A stretch of 64,000 nt of DNA. Source: Acidobacteriaceae bacterium (GTDB taxonomy: Bacteria; Acidobacteriota; Terriglobia; Terriglobales; Acidobacteriaceae). The translations under genes and the position numbers were made by a program. The notes beneath the pieces were generated by a model. It had not been told where the DNA came from. It was given only the letters and a program-made list of their open reading frames with translations, and did not search any database. The DNA lies in contig CBDCDQ010000002.1 in NCBI GenBank assembly GCA_965215415.1, forward strand, positions 1,335-65,334, given 5' to 3'. Of the stretch, positions 29,755 to 39,925 are shown piece by piece. Numbering within the stretch: the first letter of the stretch is position 1; the number at the start of each line of letters is the position of its first letter.

Positions 29755-30020
29755 GCGCAAAAGTCACAGGACTGGCAGCATTCACAAAGCGCGGAGCAGT
29801 TCAACCAGAGATCTCCGCAGCAACCGCAGATCAGGATTTAGGTACAGAACGTCAAAGGGCGAAAAAAGAAGTTGTTGCCCTGACCGTGCGTCTGCAACGT
29901 TCTGAATGGGAACGGCTTCACCAGCTGGCCGTTTCTGAAGGGATGAGTATCCAGTCGCTTGCGGTTAGAGGACTCAACCGCGTTTTTACTGACAAAGGCC
30001 TGCCAAAGCTGGCCGAATAG
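29751..30020 (+). CDS. ribbon-helix-helix centromere-binding protein candidate (ParG-like)
   Basis: ATG overlaps the parA stop (ATGA). The C-terminal VVALTVRLQRSEWERLHQLAVSEGMSIQSLAVRGLNRVF fits a strand-helix-helix RHH pattern. Confidence 0.6.
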   Translation: MSAKVTGLAAFTKRGAVQPEISAATADQDLGTERQRAKKEVVALTVRLQRSEWERLHQLAVSEGMSIQSLAVRGLNRVFTDKGLPKLAE

Positions 30021-30024
30021 TGTT

Positions 30025-30060
30025 GCGTCGTGACGTATTGACGTCAATGCGTCACGACGC
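30025..30060. repeat. 36-bp near-perfect palindrome between the RHH gene and repA
   Basis: GCGTCGTGACG-T-ATTGACGTCAAT-G-CGTCACGACGC. It has the same TGACGTCA core as the palindrome at the parA start. Confidence 0.75.
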
Positions 30061-30080
30061 TATTCAGGAGCCCCTCACGG

Positions 30081-30989
30081 ATGCCGCGAAAGATAAAGGA
30101 AGACGCTCTAAAGGGTAGCTACGTGGACAAGCTGATTGACGCAGCTGTCGACATCCGCATGAGCCCAGAGGCAGTCGAGCGTTCCTACATGGCACGCCAG
30201 CTCGTCCAGTGCACCCTCCCGCACTCCGACCCCGGCGACGTCTCTGTTTGGGCTCGCACGAACGGACATCTCACGCTGGCCATCCGTCCTTATGTCGATC
30301 TCAAGACACGCAAGCCGCTTTACCCTTACGGCTCTATACCTCGGCTCCTTCTCTTTTGGCTGGTCACAGAGGCCACACAGAAGAAGAGCCGGCGCATACG
30401 GCTCGGAAACAGCCTGGACTATTTCATGCGGGAGATAGGTTTGAACCCGCGAACCGGGGGAGGGAAGCGCGGGGATGCCGCCAGGCTTCACTCGCAGATG
30501 GAGCGCCTGTTCCGGGCCATCGTCACGTTCGAGGACAAGCGTGAGTGGAGCAAGAGTTACGTCGACATGCAGATCGCACCTCGTGGAACCCTTTGGTGGG
30601 ACCCGGCGCGGTCGCAGCAGGATAACCTCTGGGAGAGTTGGGTCGAGCTCGGTGAGGACTTCTATGCCGCAATCACCGCAGCTCCCGTGCCCGTCGACAT
30701 GCGAGCTCTTCGAGCCTTGAAGCGTTCTCCCCTGGCTCTGGACCTGTACGCTTGGCTGGCCCATACGGCGTTCAGCGCCAACAGAAAGCGTGAACCCCGG
30801 ATCGTTCCTTGGGAAGGGCTGCACGGGCAAATGGGCGCCGAGTACGCGGAACTCCGGCAATTCAGGGCGAAGGTATTGCTTGCTCTTAAAAAGATCCAAC
30901 TCGTCTACCCGACGCTCAAGCTGGAAACAACAACCTCAGCCCTGATCGTGCATCCCTCACCAACCGCAATCGCAGCTAAGTCGGGGTAA
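30081..30989 (+). CDS. repA: plasmid replication initiator, RepA_C (PF04796)-like; 3' end supplied by the Tn3 IR
   Basis: ...QCTLPHSDPGDVSVWARTNGHLTLAIRP...YPYGSIPRLLLFWLVTEATQKKSRRIRLGNSLDYFMREIGLNPRTGGGKRGDAARLHSQMERLF... The last codons (..S G stop) lie inside the IR starting at 30983. Confidence 0.8.
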   Translation: MPRKIKEDALKGSYVDKLIDAAVDIRMSPEAVERSYMARQLVQCTLPHSDPGDVSVWARTNGHLTLAIRPYVDLKTRKPLYPYGSIPRLLLFWLVTEATQKKSRRIRLGNSLDYFMREIGLNPRTGGGKRGDAARLHSQMERLFRAIVTFEDKREWSKSYVDMQIAPRGTLWWDPARSQQDNLWESWVELGEDFYAAITAAPVPVDMRALRALKRSPLALDLYAWLAHTAFSANRKREPRIVPWEGLHGQMGAEYAELRQFRAKVLLALKKIQLVYPTLKLETTTSALIVHPSPTAIAAKSG

Positions 30990-31020
30990 ACCCAACATTG
31001 CTGTCACCAGGGGCAATCTG
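30983..31020. repeat. IR-L of transposon 2
   Basis: Exact reverse complement of 35307-35344. Confidence 0.95.
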
Positions 31021-31021
31021 A

Positions 31022-31603
31022 CTACTGAACAGGATGGGGCTGGGACAGGGCCTTCTTCGGCAGGGCCGGTTTCAGCAGAAGATTGGCGGCCTTGGCGGAG
31101 AACTTCTCCGGGTCGAAGTGTTTACCGGCCCACTCGCGCATCTGGCGGTGGTCTTTGTGTCGCGGCTTGGCGAGGATCTCGAGCAGGTCCGCATAGCCGG
31201 GCGGCCCGCCGCAGTCCTCCGGTGGACAGGCGCGGGCACCGTCCACGACGCGTGGATATTTGGTCTCCGGCTCGATCAGAAGGATGTCCTCAAGGACGAC
31301 CGAGTGGGTCCAGTCATCGCCGAAGTCGTAGGTATAGCGCAGGCTGTCGCCTTTCCTCACGAGTGCCTTGGACAACTTGACGGCACGGTCCTTGGCGACT
31401 GCTTGCGGCTGTTCGTCGTCTTCGGGGACGCCGTAGCGTCGACCGCCGATGTCGAACTCATGCAGATGATAGTCCTCCCACCCCATCGCGGCCTGGAGGA
31501 CCTTGTGCAGTTGGGCCAGCGAAGTTTCACTGGACAACTCGATCCTCCGCCAGATGGGCGGGGCGATATCGAGCAGGACGACGTACAGACGATAGATGGT
31601 CAT
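31022..31603 (-). CDS. plasmid pRiA4b ORF-3-like (PF07929 / MM3350-like) protein
   Basis: IYRLYVVLLDIAPPIWRRIELSSETSLAQLHKVLQAAMGWEDYHLHEF...YTYDFGDDWTHSVVLE...ARACPPEDCGGPPGY is the hallmark of this family. Confidence 0.85.
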   Translation of the reverse strand: MTIYRLYVVLLDIAPPIWRRIELSSETSLAQLHKVLQAAMGWEDYHLHEFDIGGRRYGVPEDDEQPQAVAKDRAVKLSKALVRKGDSLRYTYDFGDDWTHSVVLEDILLIEPETKYPRVVDGARACPPEDCGGPPGYADLLEILAKPRHKDHRQMREWAGKHFDPEKFSAKAANLLLKPALPKKALSQPHPVQ

Positions 31604-31617
31604 ATCTTCTCGAAGGA

Positions 31618-32175
31618 TCAGGCGGCCGGAGCGACCATGCGGTAGAGAGTGGCGGGGTGAACGCTGAAGGTGCGCGCGACTTCGCTGACGGAGGTGCCTT
31701 CCTTCAGGAGTCTCCTGGCAAGCTTCAGTTGCTCTTCGTTCATCTTCTTTGGGCGTCCGAAGCGAACGCCGCGCTTTCGGGCGTCGGCACGGCCGGCACT
31801 GGTGCGTTCCCGGATGAGGTCACGTTCGAACTCGGCGATGCCGGCGAAGATGGTCATGATCATTTTGCCGGCGTGGGTGGTGGTGTCCGCCCATGGTTCG
31901 GAGATGGATTGAAAGCGGGCGCCGGCCTGCCGGATAACCTCCACGATTTCGAGCAGATTGCGGGTGGAGCGGGCCAGGCGGTCGAGCTTCCAGACGGTGA
32001 CGATGTCGCCTTCGCGGAGCTGATCGAGCATCCGGTTCAGCTCGGGGCGCTCCCGGTAGGCCCCGGAGACCTTCTCGCGGAAGACTTTGCCGCATCCGGC
32101 TTGCTTGAGGGCGTCGAGTTGAAGAGTCAGACGCTGATCTTCGGTCGAGACGCGGGCGTAGCCGATTTTCATCAC
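31618..32175 (-). CDS. tnpR: serine recombinase / resolvase
   Basis: MKIGYARVSTEDQRLTLQLDAL...VWKLDRLARS... with a C-terminal HTH. Confidence 0.9.
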   Translation of the reverse strand: MMKIGYARVSTEDQRLTLQLDALKQAGCGKVFREKVSGAYRERPELNRMLDQLREGDIVTVWKLDRLARSTRNLLEIVEVIRQAGARFQSISEPWADTTTHAGKMIMTIFAGIAEFERDLIRERTSAGRADARKRGVRFGRPKKMNEEQLKLARRLLKEGTSVSEVARTFSVHPATLYRMVAPAA

Positions 32176-32321
32176 AGTCTCTCCAAAGGCTTTGCAAAAT
32201 ATATCGCAGTCGGAATAGTTTATGCGAGATACTTACGCGACGCGAGAATGGCCGATTTCGAGAGTATCCGTGGCCCTCGCGACACTTAGGAGATTTGCGA
32301 CGAGGCGGGTGAGCGGATTCG

Positions 32322-35306
32322 ATGGAGCGAGAGTTGACCCAGGAACAGGTGATCGAACACTGGACGCTCGCGCCGGGCGAACATCTGCTGCTCATGAACA
32401 AGGGTGGTCCCGGGCGGCTTGGATTCGCGGTGTTGCTGAAGTTCTTCCAGGCCGAAGGGAGATTCCCAACCGCCAGGACCGAGGTGCCCCCGGAAGCGGT
32501 CGATTACCTTGTGCAGCAGATCAACACTTCGCCTGGGAACTGGTACCAATACGACTGGCAAGGACGCACTATCAAGTACCACCGCGCCGAGATTCGGTCG
32601 CTCTTCGGCTTCCGCGAGGCAACGGCAGAGGATTCGGAAGGTGTCATGGTCTGGCTGCGGGATCATGTGCTTCCGCAGGAGCGGGACTCCGAACGCCTTC
32701 TGGAGGCGGCCGTCCAGCGGTTTCGTGACATCAAGATAGAGCCGCCCACAGCGGAGCGGCTCAGCAGGGTGGTCCGGTCCACACTACGCTCGTTTGAAGA
32801 GAACTTTGGCCGAGGATTGTTGGAGAAGCTCTCTCCAGCGACTGTGGCTGGAATCGATGCGCTCCTTGAGCCTGCAGCCCTTGAGTCGCCCAGCGTTCCG
32901 CTGTTGGAACTGCGCGCCGATCCAGGACCGGTGAGCATCGACACCCTGGAAGACGAGTTGGACAAGCTCACGCTCTTGCGAGAGCTTGAACTCCCGCCGC
33001 GTCTCTTCGAGAGACTCTCCCTTCGGATCGTCAAGGCCTATCGCCGCCGGGCGGTGGTTGAAGAAGTCCATGAGCTGCGCCGCCATCCGGCTCCCGTCAG
33101 GATGACGCTGCTCTCGGCCTTCTGCCACCTGAGGACCGGAGAGTTGATCGATACCCTTGGAGACCTTCTGATCGACATGGTGCATCGCGTCGCCCATCGC
33201 GCCGAAGTGAGGGTGGAGCGCGAGTTGATTGCCGATTACAAGCGCGTCTCCGGTAAGAACGGCCTGTTGTTCCAGATTGCCGAGGCCTCGCTCGATCACC
33301 CCGACGAGCCGGTCAAGGAAGTCGTTTATCCGATTGCGGATGAGTCAAAGCTCCGCGATCTTGTTCGCGAGTTCAAGGCTACCGGCCCCGCCTACCGTCA
33401 GCAGCTTCACACGGTGATGAGGAGCGCGTACCGGTCGCACTACCGCGCCATGCTGATTCGGCTGCTCAACACGCTGGAGTTCCGCTCCAACAACGAAAAC
33501 CACCGTCCTGTCCTCGATGCCCTTGCCATCGTCAAGAAGTACGCGGGCAGCCGCGTGCGCGTGTACCCGGTGGGCTGCGAGGTGCCGATCAAGGGCATCG
33601 TGCGCGGCCAATGGATCGATACCGTCGTTGAAAAGGAGGAAGGTGGACAGGATCGCATCAATCGCATCGCCTATGAGGTATGCGTTCTGCTGGCCTTGCG
33701 GGAACACCTCCGGTCGAAGGAGATATGGATCGAGGGCGGGAATCGCTACCGCAACCCGGATGAAGACTTGCCCGCCGACTTCGACCAGGAGCGCTCCACT
33801 TACTACACGGCTCTGAAGCTGCCCGACACTCCGGATACCTTCATCGCCGGACTCAAGCGCCAGATGCAGGAGGCTCTGACCGGTTTACACGATGGCCTGC
33901 CCGCGAACGAATACGTCAAGATCGAAGACAAGAACCGTGGCCGGATCAGGCTGTCCCCTTTGGAAGTTCAGCCCGAGCCCGTCAATCTCGGAGCCCTCAA
34001 AGCCCGGATGATCGAACGCTGGCCGATGACGAGCCTGCTCGATGTCTTCAAGGAGGCGGACCTCCGCATCCACTTTACGGACGTGTTCCGCAGCGCCACG
34101 GCGTGGGAGAATCTGGACCGGGAAGTCATCCAGGAACGGCTTCTGCTGACGCTCTATGGTCTCGGCTCGAACGCAGGCATCAAGCGCATGAGCGCCGGAC
34201 AGCAGCGAACCAACTATAAAGACCTGCTCTACATCCGCCGCCGCTACATCAACAAGGATCAGCTTCGCGCCGCCATCCGCGAAGTGGTCAACGCCACGCT
34301 GCGGGCCCGTTCGCCGGACATCTGGGGTCATGGAACGACGGCGTGCGCATCGGACTCGAAGAAGTTCGGTGCCTGGGACCAGAACCTGATGACCGAGTGG
34401 CACGCCCGCTATGGCGGTCGTGGCGTAATGATCTACTGGCACATCGACCGCAAGTCGGCCTGCATTTACTCGCAGCTCAAGCGTTGTTCTTCGTCTGAAG
34501 TGGCCGCCATGATTGAAGGCGTCCTGCGTCACTGCACGGACATGGAGGTGCAGCGGCAATACACCGACAGCCATGGTCAGAGCGAAGTCGCGTTCGCCTT
34601 CTGCAAGCTGCTTGGCTTCGAGCTGCTGCCGAGGCTAAAAGCCATCGCCACGCAACGGCTCTACCGGCCCGACGATTCGACCGCGTACCCCGGCCTGGCA
34701 CCAGTCTTGTCGCGGACGATCAACTGGGAACTCCTCGCGCAACAGTACGACCAGATGGTCAAGTATGCCACCGCTCTGCGGCTGGGCACCGCGGACACCG
34801 AAGACATCCTGCGCCGCTTCCGCCGCTCCAATGTGCAGCACCCCGTCTACAAGGCGCTGGCGGAGCTGGGCAAGGCCACCAAGACCATCTTCCTCTGTCG
34901 CTATTTGCACTCGCTGGAGCTGCGCCGGGAGATACACGAGGGCCTCAACGTCATCGAGAACTGGAACAACGTCAACGATTTCATCTTCTTCGGCAAGGGT
35001 GGCGAAATGGCCTCAAACCGCCTGGACGATCAAGAGATCGGCATGCTCTGCCTCCATCTGATCCAGCTCTCGCTTGTCTACATCAACACGCTCATGATCC
35101 AACAGGTCCTCGCTGAACCCGAATGGAGCGACCGCCTCACCCTCCACGATCTTCGAGGCATCACGCCCATGATCTACAGCCACGTCAACCCGTACGGCAG
35201 CTTCCGCATCGACCTCAACTCCCGCCTTCAGCTCGATCCGCCCCGCTTCGGCCCGCAAGCCGCCGGCACCCAGCTCCTGCTCAGCTACGATCAGCTCACC
35301 GGATGA
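32322..35306 (+). CDS. tnpA: Tn3-family transposase (intact, 994 aa)
   Basis: Uninterrupted ORF with the DUF4158-like N-terminus and DDE_Tnp_Tn3-like C-terminal two thirds. It ends one base before IR-R. Confidence 0.95.
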   Translation: MERELTQEQVIEHWTLAPGEHLLLMNKGGPGRLGFAVLLKFFQAEGRFPTARTEVPPEAVDYLVQQINTSPGNWYQYDWQGRTIKYHRAEIRSLFGFREATAEDSEGVMVWLRDHVLPQERDSERLLEAAVQRFRDIKIEPPTAERLSRVVRSTLRSFEENFGRGLLEKLSPATVAGIDALLEPAALESPSVPLLELRADPGPVSIDTLEDELDKLTLLRELELPPRLFERLSLRIVKAYRRRAVVEEVHELRRHPAPVRMTLLSAFCHLRTGELIDTLGDLLIDMVHRVAHRAEVRVERELIADYKRVSGKNGLLFQIAEASLDHPDEPVKEVVYPIADESKLRDLVREFKATGPAYRQQLHTVMRSAYRSHYRAMLIRLLNTLEFRSNNENHRPVLDALAIVKKYAGSRVRVYPVGCEVPIKGIVRGQWIDTVVEKEEGGQDRINRIAYEVCVLLALREHLRSKEIWIEGGNRYRNPDEDLPADFDQERSTYYTALKLPDTPDTFIAGLKRQMQEALTGLHDGLPANEYVKIEDKNRGRIRLSPLEVQPEPVNLGALKARMIERWPMTSLLDVFKEADLRIHFTDVFRSATAWENLDREVIQERLLLTLYGLGSNAGIKRMSAGQQRTNYKDLLYIRRRYINKDQLRAAIREVVNATLRARSPDIWGHGTTACASDSKKFGAWDQNLMTEWHARYGGRGVMIYWHIDRKSACIYSQLKRCSSSEVAAMIEGVLRHCTDMEVQRQYTDSHGQSEVAFAFCKLLGFELLPRLKAIATQRLYRPDDSTAYPGLAPVLSRTINWELLAQQYDQMVKYATALRLGTADTEDILRRFRRSNVQHPVYKALAELGKATKTIFLCRYLHSLELRREIHEGLNVIENWNNVNDFIFFGKGGEMASNRLDDQEIGMLCLHLIQLSLVYINTLMIQQVLAEPEWSDRLTLHDLRGITPMIYSHVNPYGSFRIDLNSRLQLDPPRFGPQAAGTQLLLSYDQLTG

Positions 35307-36292
35307 CAGATTGCCCCTGGTGACAGCAATGTTGGGTTTACCCCTACAACATCGGGCATTGATGGAACAGACACAGAGAGACGGTGCATGCCAACGGTAA
35401 CCGGAGACGATGGCTGAAAGGAGAGGCGGTACTCATTGTGGAGCTGGTTGGTGAGATCGTGCACACCCTTGTCGAAGCTTTTCGCCGTGGTGAAGTTGAC
35501 GTATTGACCCCCAGTAAGTTCCGCGAGGGTGTGGGGCACGTTCTGCCTCAGCGCTTCACGAGACAACACGAACAACACCATCCAGTTTGCCTGACCGTGC
35601 ATGATGACGTTCCTGCTTGGGTCCGTCAGCTCATACACTAGCTGACTTTTGGCAGGGCCGTAAGAGACGCTTTCGACAACCGTGTTGGACCTTCCCAGCT
35701 CTGCTATCACCTCTGAGGAATTAGTATGAGACCCATGGTCTCGCGTCTCTGAAACGAGAAGGATAACCCTGCGCGAACTGGCATCAGGCTCATCTCGCAA
35801 AAGCTGGCTGGCGTACCTGACTGCATCAAGTGTGATGTTATTGTTCTGTTCACGACATGGTGTGATCTGCGAAAGGCCGCCGCTGATTGCAGCGGGATCG
35901 CTCGTGAAATCTTGCAGGAGATTAGGACCGTTGCCGAAGCTCACAACAGCAACCGCGTGTGGCGCTGCGCCAACCAGATCATCAATCATCGTGGCAAGCC
36001 CCTTGATATGCGATGCATCACGGTAGGCTTCACGGGAGCATTGCACCAACACCACCAGACTCAGTTTCTGAGGCGTGTCGGTCTCGTCCAAATGCGGCGT
36101 CTGGAGCACCCCATTATCTTCAAGCCGGAACTGGCTGGCATTCAGCCCGTAAACCAACTCTCCTGAGCGCGTATGTACCTCTGTAGGAACCAGGATCAAA
36201 GTCGCGTTTGCTTCGATTGTTGGCGTTGTTCCGCTCTGGCTGAACGCGGTTGCTGCGCAGATTGCCAACAGAACAGCCAAAACTCTGACCAT
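35291..36292 (-). CDS. acidobacterial-type VWFA-related protein, 3' end replaced by transposon sequence
   Basis: Signal peptide plus ...[10 protein letters not shown]...AVVSFGNGP...[14 protein letters not shown]... gives a VWA/MIDAS-like layout. The last 17 or so codons (..[15 protein letters not shown]) are read from IR-R. Confidence 0.75.
   Translation of the reverse strand: MVRVLAVLLAICAATAFSQSGTTPTIEANATLILVPTEVHTRSGELVYGLNASQFRLEDNGVLQTPHLDETDTPQKLSLVVLVQCSREAYRDASHIKGLATMIDDLVGAAPHAVAVVSFGNGPNLLQDFTSDPAAISGGLSQITPCREQNNNITLDAVRYASQLLRDEPDASSRRVILLVSETRDHGSHTNSSEVIAELGRSNTVVESVSYGPAKSQLVYELTDPSRNVIMHGQANWMVLFVLSREALRQNVPHTLAELTGGQYVNFTTAKSFDKGVHDLTNQLHNEYRLSFQPSSPVTVGMHRLSVSVPSMPDVVGVNPTLLSPGAICHPVS
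35307..35344. repeat. IR-R of transposon 2
   Basis: Exact reverse complement of 30983-31020. Confidence 0.95.
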
Positions 36293-36407
36293 ATTTCCTC
36301 TTTTGTAGACGCTTCACTGTAGGACGAACATCAGGACGGAAGGCACCAGACTTTTCTGAACTTCAGTGGTTGACTTCTCAGTGCCCCACAAGTCGCAATA
36401 GCGGTAA

Positions 36408-37814
36408 TCAGCGACGAAGGAACGCCTCTGTCGCCTGCCAGCCCACCTCTGCAGCGTGTGCGTCGGCTTCCGGGGAAGGATCATTGCCTTCCGGCTTTCG
36501 GACAGGATTGATCCGTCGCGGTTCCGAACCGGTTCCACAGATATAGTGCGATGCATTTGGAAAGATCATGCTGTGCACCGTCGCCTGTGTGGGTGTGTTG
36601 GAAAGGGTTTTCTCGATTACGTCCGACATGACCCCGGACGGCCAGACTACATCGTTCGTGGCGGCAAGCAGCAGGATGTGGGCCTTCGCACGCTCGACCG
36701 GTATACGAGCCGCTGCTTGTTGCGTCGCTGTCGTTTTGTCAAAGCTGCGTTGGTGAACGAAGGCTGAAGAGAACTTGCGGTCAAGGGCATCCTGGAAGTT
36801 GTCGTAAGCGATGTAAGGCAGCCCTTTACCATCGATGCTCCACGAAGAGTAGACCTCGCCGGTAGCGGCAGGTCTGCCAAAGCCGGACCAGACGACACTG
36901 CTTGGAACGCAGGCAACTACCCTATCGATCCATGGATAGTGTGCGGCTCCAACCAACGCAAACTCGGCACCTTTCGAGGCTCCCCACACTGCAATATGGT
37001 CAGCGTCCACACCATGCTGTTGCATAAGCCAGGTGCGTGCTGTCGCAAGCCCTTCTACAGGAATGTCAACGAATGCCTGAGGTACGCCAGTCAAGCCGGC
37101 AGGCGGCCAGGCAAAATAATTCAGCGCAAATGCCGCGTAGCCAAGGTTAGCAAACCGAATCGCGGTCGCCCTTGCGGAATCCTTGCTCCCTCCCTCGCTT
37201 CCATGAAGCAGCAGGATAGCTGGCAATGGTTTCAGAGACTGATCTTTTGGTCTCGCGAAGGCACCGTTCAGGCCGGGAAGCGTGATCTGTTGAACTTCAA
37301 TCTTGTCTGCCCCATCGGTGAGGTGAAGCTTCGCCTCGGCCCAATGTTTGTCGCCGATGGAGGGGGCCTCCACTCGGACGAGAACCTCATACATCCCATC
37401 CAGGTGCAGATCGTGCGTCACCGGCTCCGCAGACTCGCCGTCGAGGGGCAGGCGCGTTCCCGACCAGAGCAGCCCCAGCGGGTCGGCCCCACTGTACGTG
37501 CCGCTCAACGGCACTGCGGAATCGACGGTGATTCTGCCTGTGCTGTCTGCGGCGAACGCGACTTCGGCATGCGCAAGCACGGATGTGCCCGTGTAGCTGC
37601 CTGCGGTGTAAGCCGTGGCTTTCCTGAAAGCATGAACGGTCGCGACTTCACCGGGACGGAGCCCGCTGATCAGCAAATGCGGTGAGTCGCCGTCGAGCAC
37701 CGTGGAACTTACCAGCGGAGCGACCGTGACCTGAGCGCCAGTTGTTCCTTCACACAAGAGGAAACAGGAAGACACCAGAGCACAATAGAGCAAGAGGTTG
37801 TGAGTTCGAGGCAT
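36408..37814 (-). CDS. BAAT/acyl-CoA thioester hydrolase-family (alpha/beta hydrolase) secreted protein
   Basis: Start at MPRTHNLLLYCALVSSCFLL (ATG 37814). ...PAILLLHGSEGG...VWGASKGAEFALVGAAHYPWIDRVVACVPSSVVW... is a GxSxG nucleophile elbow in BAAT_C-like context. Confidence 0.75.
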   Translation of the reverse strand: MPRTHNLLLYCALVSSCFLLCEGTTGAQVTVAPLVSSTVLDGDSPHLLISGLRPGEVATVHAFRKATAYTAGSYTGTSVLAHAEVAFAADSTGRITVDSAVPLSGTYSGADPLGLLWSGTRLPLDGESAEPVTHDLHLDGMYEVLVRVEAPSIGDKHWAEAKLHLTDGADKIEVQQITLPGLNGAFARPKDQSLKPLPAILLLHGSEGGSKDSARATAIRFANLGYAAFALNYFAWPPAGLTGVPQAFVDIPVEGLATARTWLMQQHGVDADHIAVWGASKGAEFALVGAAHYPWIDRVVACVPSSVVWSGFGRPAATGEVYSSWSIDGKGLPYIAYDNFQDALDRKFSSAFVHQRSFDKTTATQQAAARIPVERAKAHILLLAATNDVVWPSGVMSDVIEKTLSNTPTQATVHSMIFPNASHYICGTGSEPRRINPVRKPEGNDPSPEADAHAAEVGWQATEAFLRR

Positions 37815-37913
37815 GCGCCAACCGTAGAGCAGCAAAACGGCTGCAGGCAGGCATTTCGGCGAAGGTTCCCTGAGCGTCGGTGAATGGGCTTCCACTCCCG
37901 TTGACCGATACTT

Positions 37914-39083
37914 ATGGCAGCTTCACCGAACCGTCTACGAAGGATTTCCATGCTGCCTGATGATCGAAGAAGGGAGGGAATGATGACACGAAGCAGGTTT
38001 TGGCTTTTCTACATCGCCGCGTGGTTCCCCTACGCGCTGAGCTACTTCGTGCTCTTTCGTCTCCTGCCCGGTCATCTGGAGGCGTTACGGCAAACGGCCT
38101 ACAACATACTGCCCGCGGTTGCGCTCGGCGTTCTCATTATGCCCTGGACCCGAGTTCTTTCCTGGCGTTTGCACGCACGATGGTGGTTTTATCCGGCGCA
38201 GCTCGGCTCGGCTGTTGCGTACTCGCTTTTCTGGTATTTCGGGGTGCTTATCGCAGGGAGTGCAGGGCAGGCACTGGTAACGCATCATTTGCGTCTGGGA
38301 TACTTCAGCTACTACGCGCTGCAGTGGCAGTTCTTCAGCGGTCTGATGATCTATGGCAACATCGCCGGCATTCTTTACGTTTCGCAGGTCAACCAGAGGC
38401 TACGGCAGGAAAAGCGGCGGCGTGAGCAGGCCGAGTCGCTTCGGACAACGGCTGAACTGTCCGCTCTGCGTGCCCAGCTCAATCCGCATTTCCTTTTTAA
38501 CACGCTGAACTCCATCATGGCGTTGGCCGGTCGGGGTCAGCCGCGAACGATGCAAGCAATTGCACAACTCGCGGCGATGCTGCGCTACTCGCTGGGCCAG
38601 AACACGGAAGAGGAGGGAGTGAGCCTACGGCAGGAGCTTGAGTTTACTGAGCAGTACCTTGCCCTGGAAGCCTTGCGGTTCGGTGACCGCCTGCGGGTCC
38701 GACGCGAAATCGCTCCAGCCGCCCTCCTGTGCAGGTTGCCTCCGCTTACCCTGCAGCCGCTGGTTGAAAATGCGATTCGGCACGGATTTGAGCCTAGAGC
38801 AGCACCCGGAACTTTGACGCTGCGGGCAACGGTGCTGAAAGGAGTGTTGCATCTCGATATTCAGGATGATGGAATCGGCAGCGATCCCGCAATGATCGCC
38901 ACGGCGCAAGGGCTTGGGTTGCGCACAGTGAGACAGCGTTTGGAGCTGTTCAGCCAAGGGAGCGCGGCTTTTCAGGTTCAATCGGTACCAGGCTGTGGTT
39001 GTACCGTTTCGCTCTCGATTCCGCAGGAGTTGCGCGAATCCGAGAGACCGCTGGAAGCGGTGCAGGGGCTGGCGCTTCGATGA
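37914..39083 (+). CDS. LytS/YehU-type sensor histidine kinase (start uncertain: 37914, 37950 or 37980)
   Basis: Multi-TM N-terminus, then LRAQLNPHFLFNTLNSI (His_kinase PF06580 motif) and the ATPase motifs ...LVENAIRHG...DDGIG.... Confidence 0.85.
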   Translation: MAASPNRLRRISMLPDDRRREGMMTRSRFWLFYIAAWFPYALSYFVLFRLLPGHLEALRQTAYNILPAVALGVLIMPWTRVLSWRLHARWWFYPAQLGSAVAYSLFWYFGVLIAGSAGQALVTHHLRLGYFSYYALQWQFFSGLMIYGNIAGILYVSQVNQRLRQEKRRREQAESLRTTAELSALRAQLNPHFLFNTLNSIMALAGRGQPRTMQAIAQLAAMLRYSLGQNTEEEGVSLRQELEFTEQYLALEALRFGDRLRVRREIAPAALLCRLPPLTLQPLVENAIRHGFEPRAAPGTLTLRATVLKGVLHLDIQDDGIGSDPAMIATAQGLGLRTVRQRLELFSQGSAAFQVQSVPGCGCTVSLSIPQELRESERPLEAVQGLALR

Positions 39084-39814
39084 TTCGCACTGTCATTGTG
39101 GAAGATGAGCCTCTCGCGCGCGATCTCCTGCGCTCCTACCTCGCGCTACACAACGATGTGGATCTCGTTGGAGAGGCCACCGACGGGCGTAGCGGTCTGG
39201 CTCTAGTCAACGGGACCGCTCCGGATCTTGTGCTTCTCGACATTCACCTTCCAGAGATGTCGGGCGTAGAGGTTGCGAGGCAGATCAACCGTGACGTTTC
39301 CCTCATTTTCATCACCGCGCACGACTCGTATGCAATGACGGCATTCGAGCTGGGCGCGTTCGATTACCTCCTCAAGCCTGTGCTTCCGGAACGCTTCGCC
39401 ACCGCACTCAACCGCATCCGCGAACGTAGAGCGACAGGAGACGCTCCTGAGCTGCTGAGCGATCGATTGAGCAGTGTGTTCGAAGGCACCTACCTCCAAC
39501 ACTTCTTTGTCCGTCACCTCGGCACAGTGCTTCCGGTCCATGTGACAGACATCGTTCGTCTGGAATCGGATGACGACTACACCGCTGTCTATGCGAGGGG
39601 CAAACGGCTGATGGTTCACCTGCCTTTACGCGAGATGGCTTCACGGCTCAATCCGCAATCCTTCGTGAGAGTCCATCGATGCGACATCGTCAATCTGGCG
39701 CATGTAAAACATGCGAATCAGACTGGCCGCCGCATTCTCCTGCAAATGTCTGACGGCTCTGAAGTCTCAAGTAGTCGAGCCGGGCTTCAGGCGTTGCAGG
39801 CACTGCACCTTTAG
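39080..39814 (+). CDS. LytTR-family response regulator
   Basis: ATG overlaps the kinase stop (ATGA). MIRTVIVEDEPLARDLL...LVLLDIHLPEMSG... is the receiver, and the C-terminal ...IVRLESDDDYTAVYARGKRLMVHLPLREM...FVRVHRCDIVNL is the LytTR domain. Confidence 0.9.
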   Translation: MIRTVIVEDEPLARDLLRSYLALHNDVDLVGEATDGRSGLALVNGTAPDLVLLDIHLPEMSGVEVARQINRDVSLIFITAHDSYAMTAFELGAFDYLLKPVLPERFATALNRIRERRATGDAPELLSDRLSSVFEGTYLQHFFVRHLGTVLPVHVTDIVRLESDDDYTAVYARGKRLMVHLPLREMASRLNPQSFVRVHRCDIVNLAHVKHANQTGRRILLQMSDGSEVSSSRAGLQALQALHL

Positions 39815-39925
39815 GAGTTCGCCGTTGCAAAGTTTCGAGATCGGCGTTTATCGGGATCAAACTAGATCGACCGGCGAGATGAAGCCTCGGTATGATCGTT
39901 CTGCTTCATCAAAGGTCAGCCGACG

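Larger units (their letters stand above)
30983..35344. mobile_element. Tn3-family transposon 2 (intact tnpA, tnpR, PF07929-like passenger)
   Basis: Perfect 38/38 terminal inverted repeats GGGGTAAACCCAACATTGCTGTCACCAGGGGCAATCTG. The flanking 5-mers differ (AAGTC vs TACAA). Confidence 0.95.

Noticed and set aside
30108-30899. 263-aa minus-strand ORF
   Set aside because: It is antisense to repA, which has a clear RepA_C signature.
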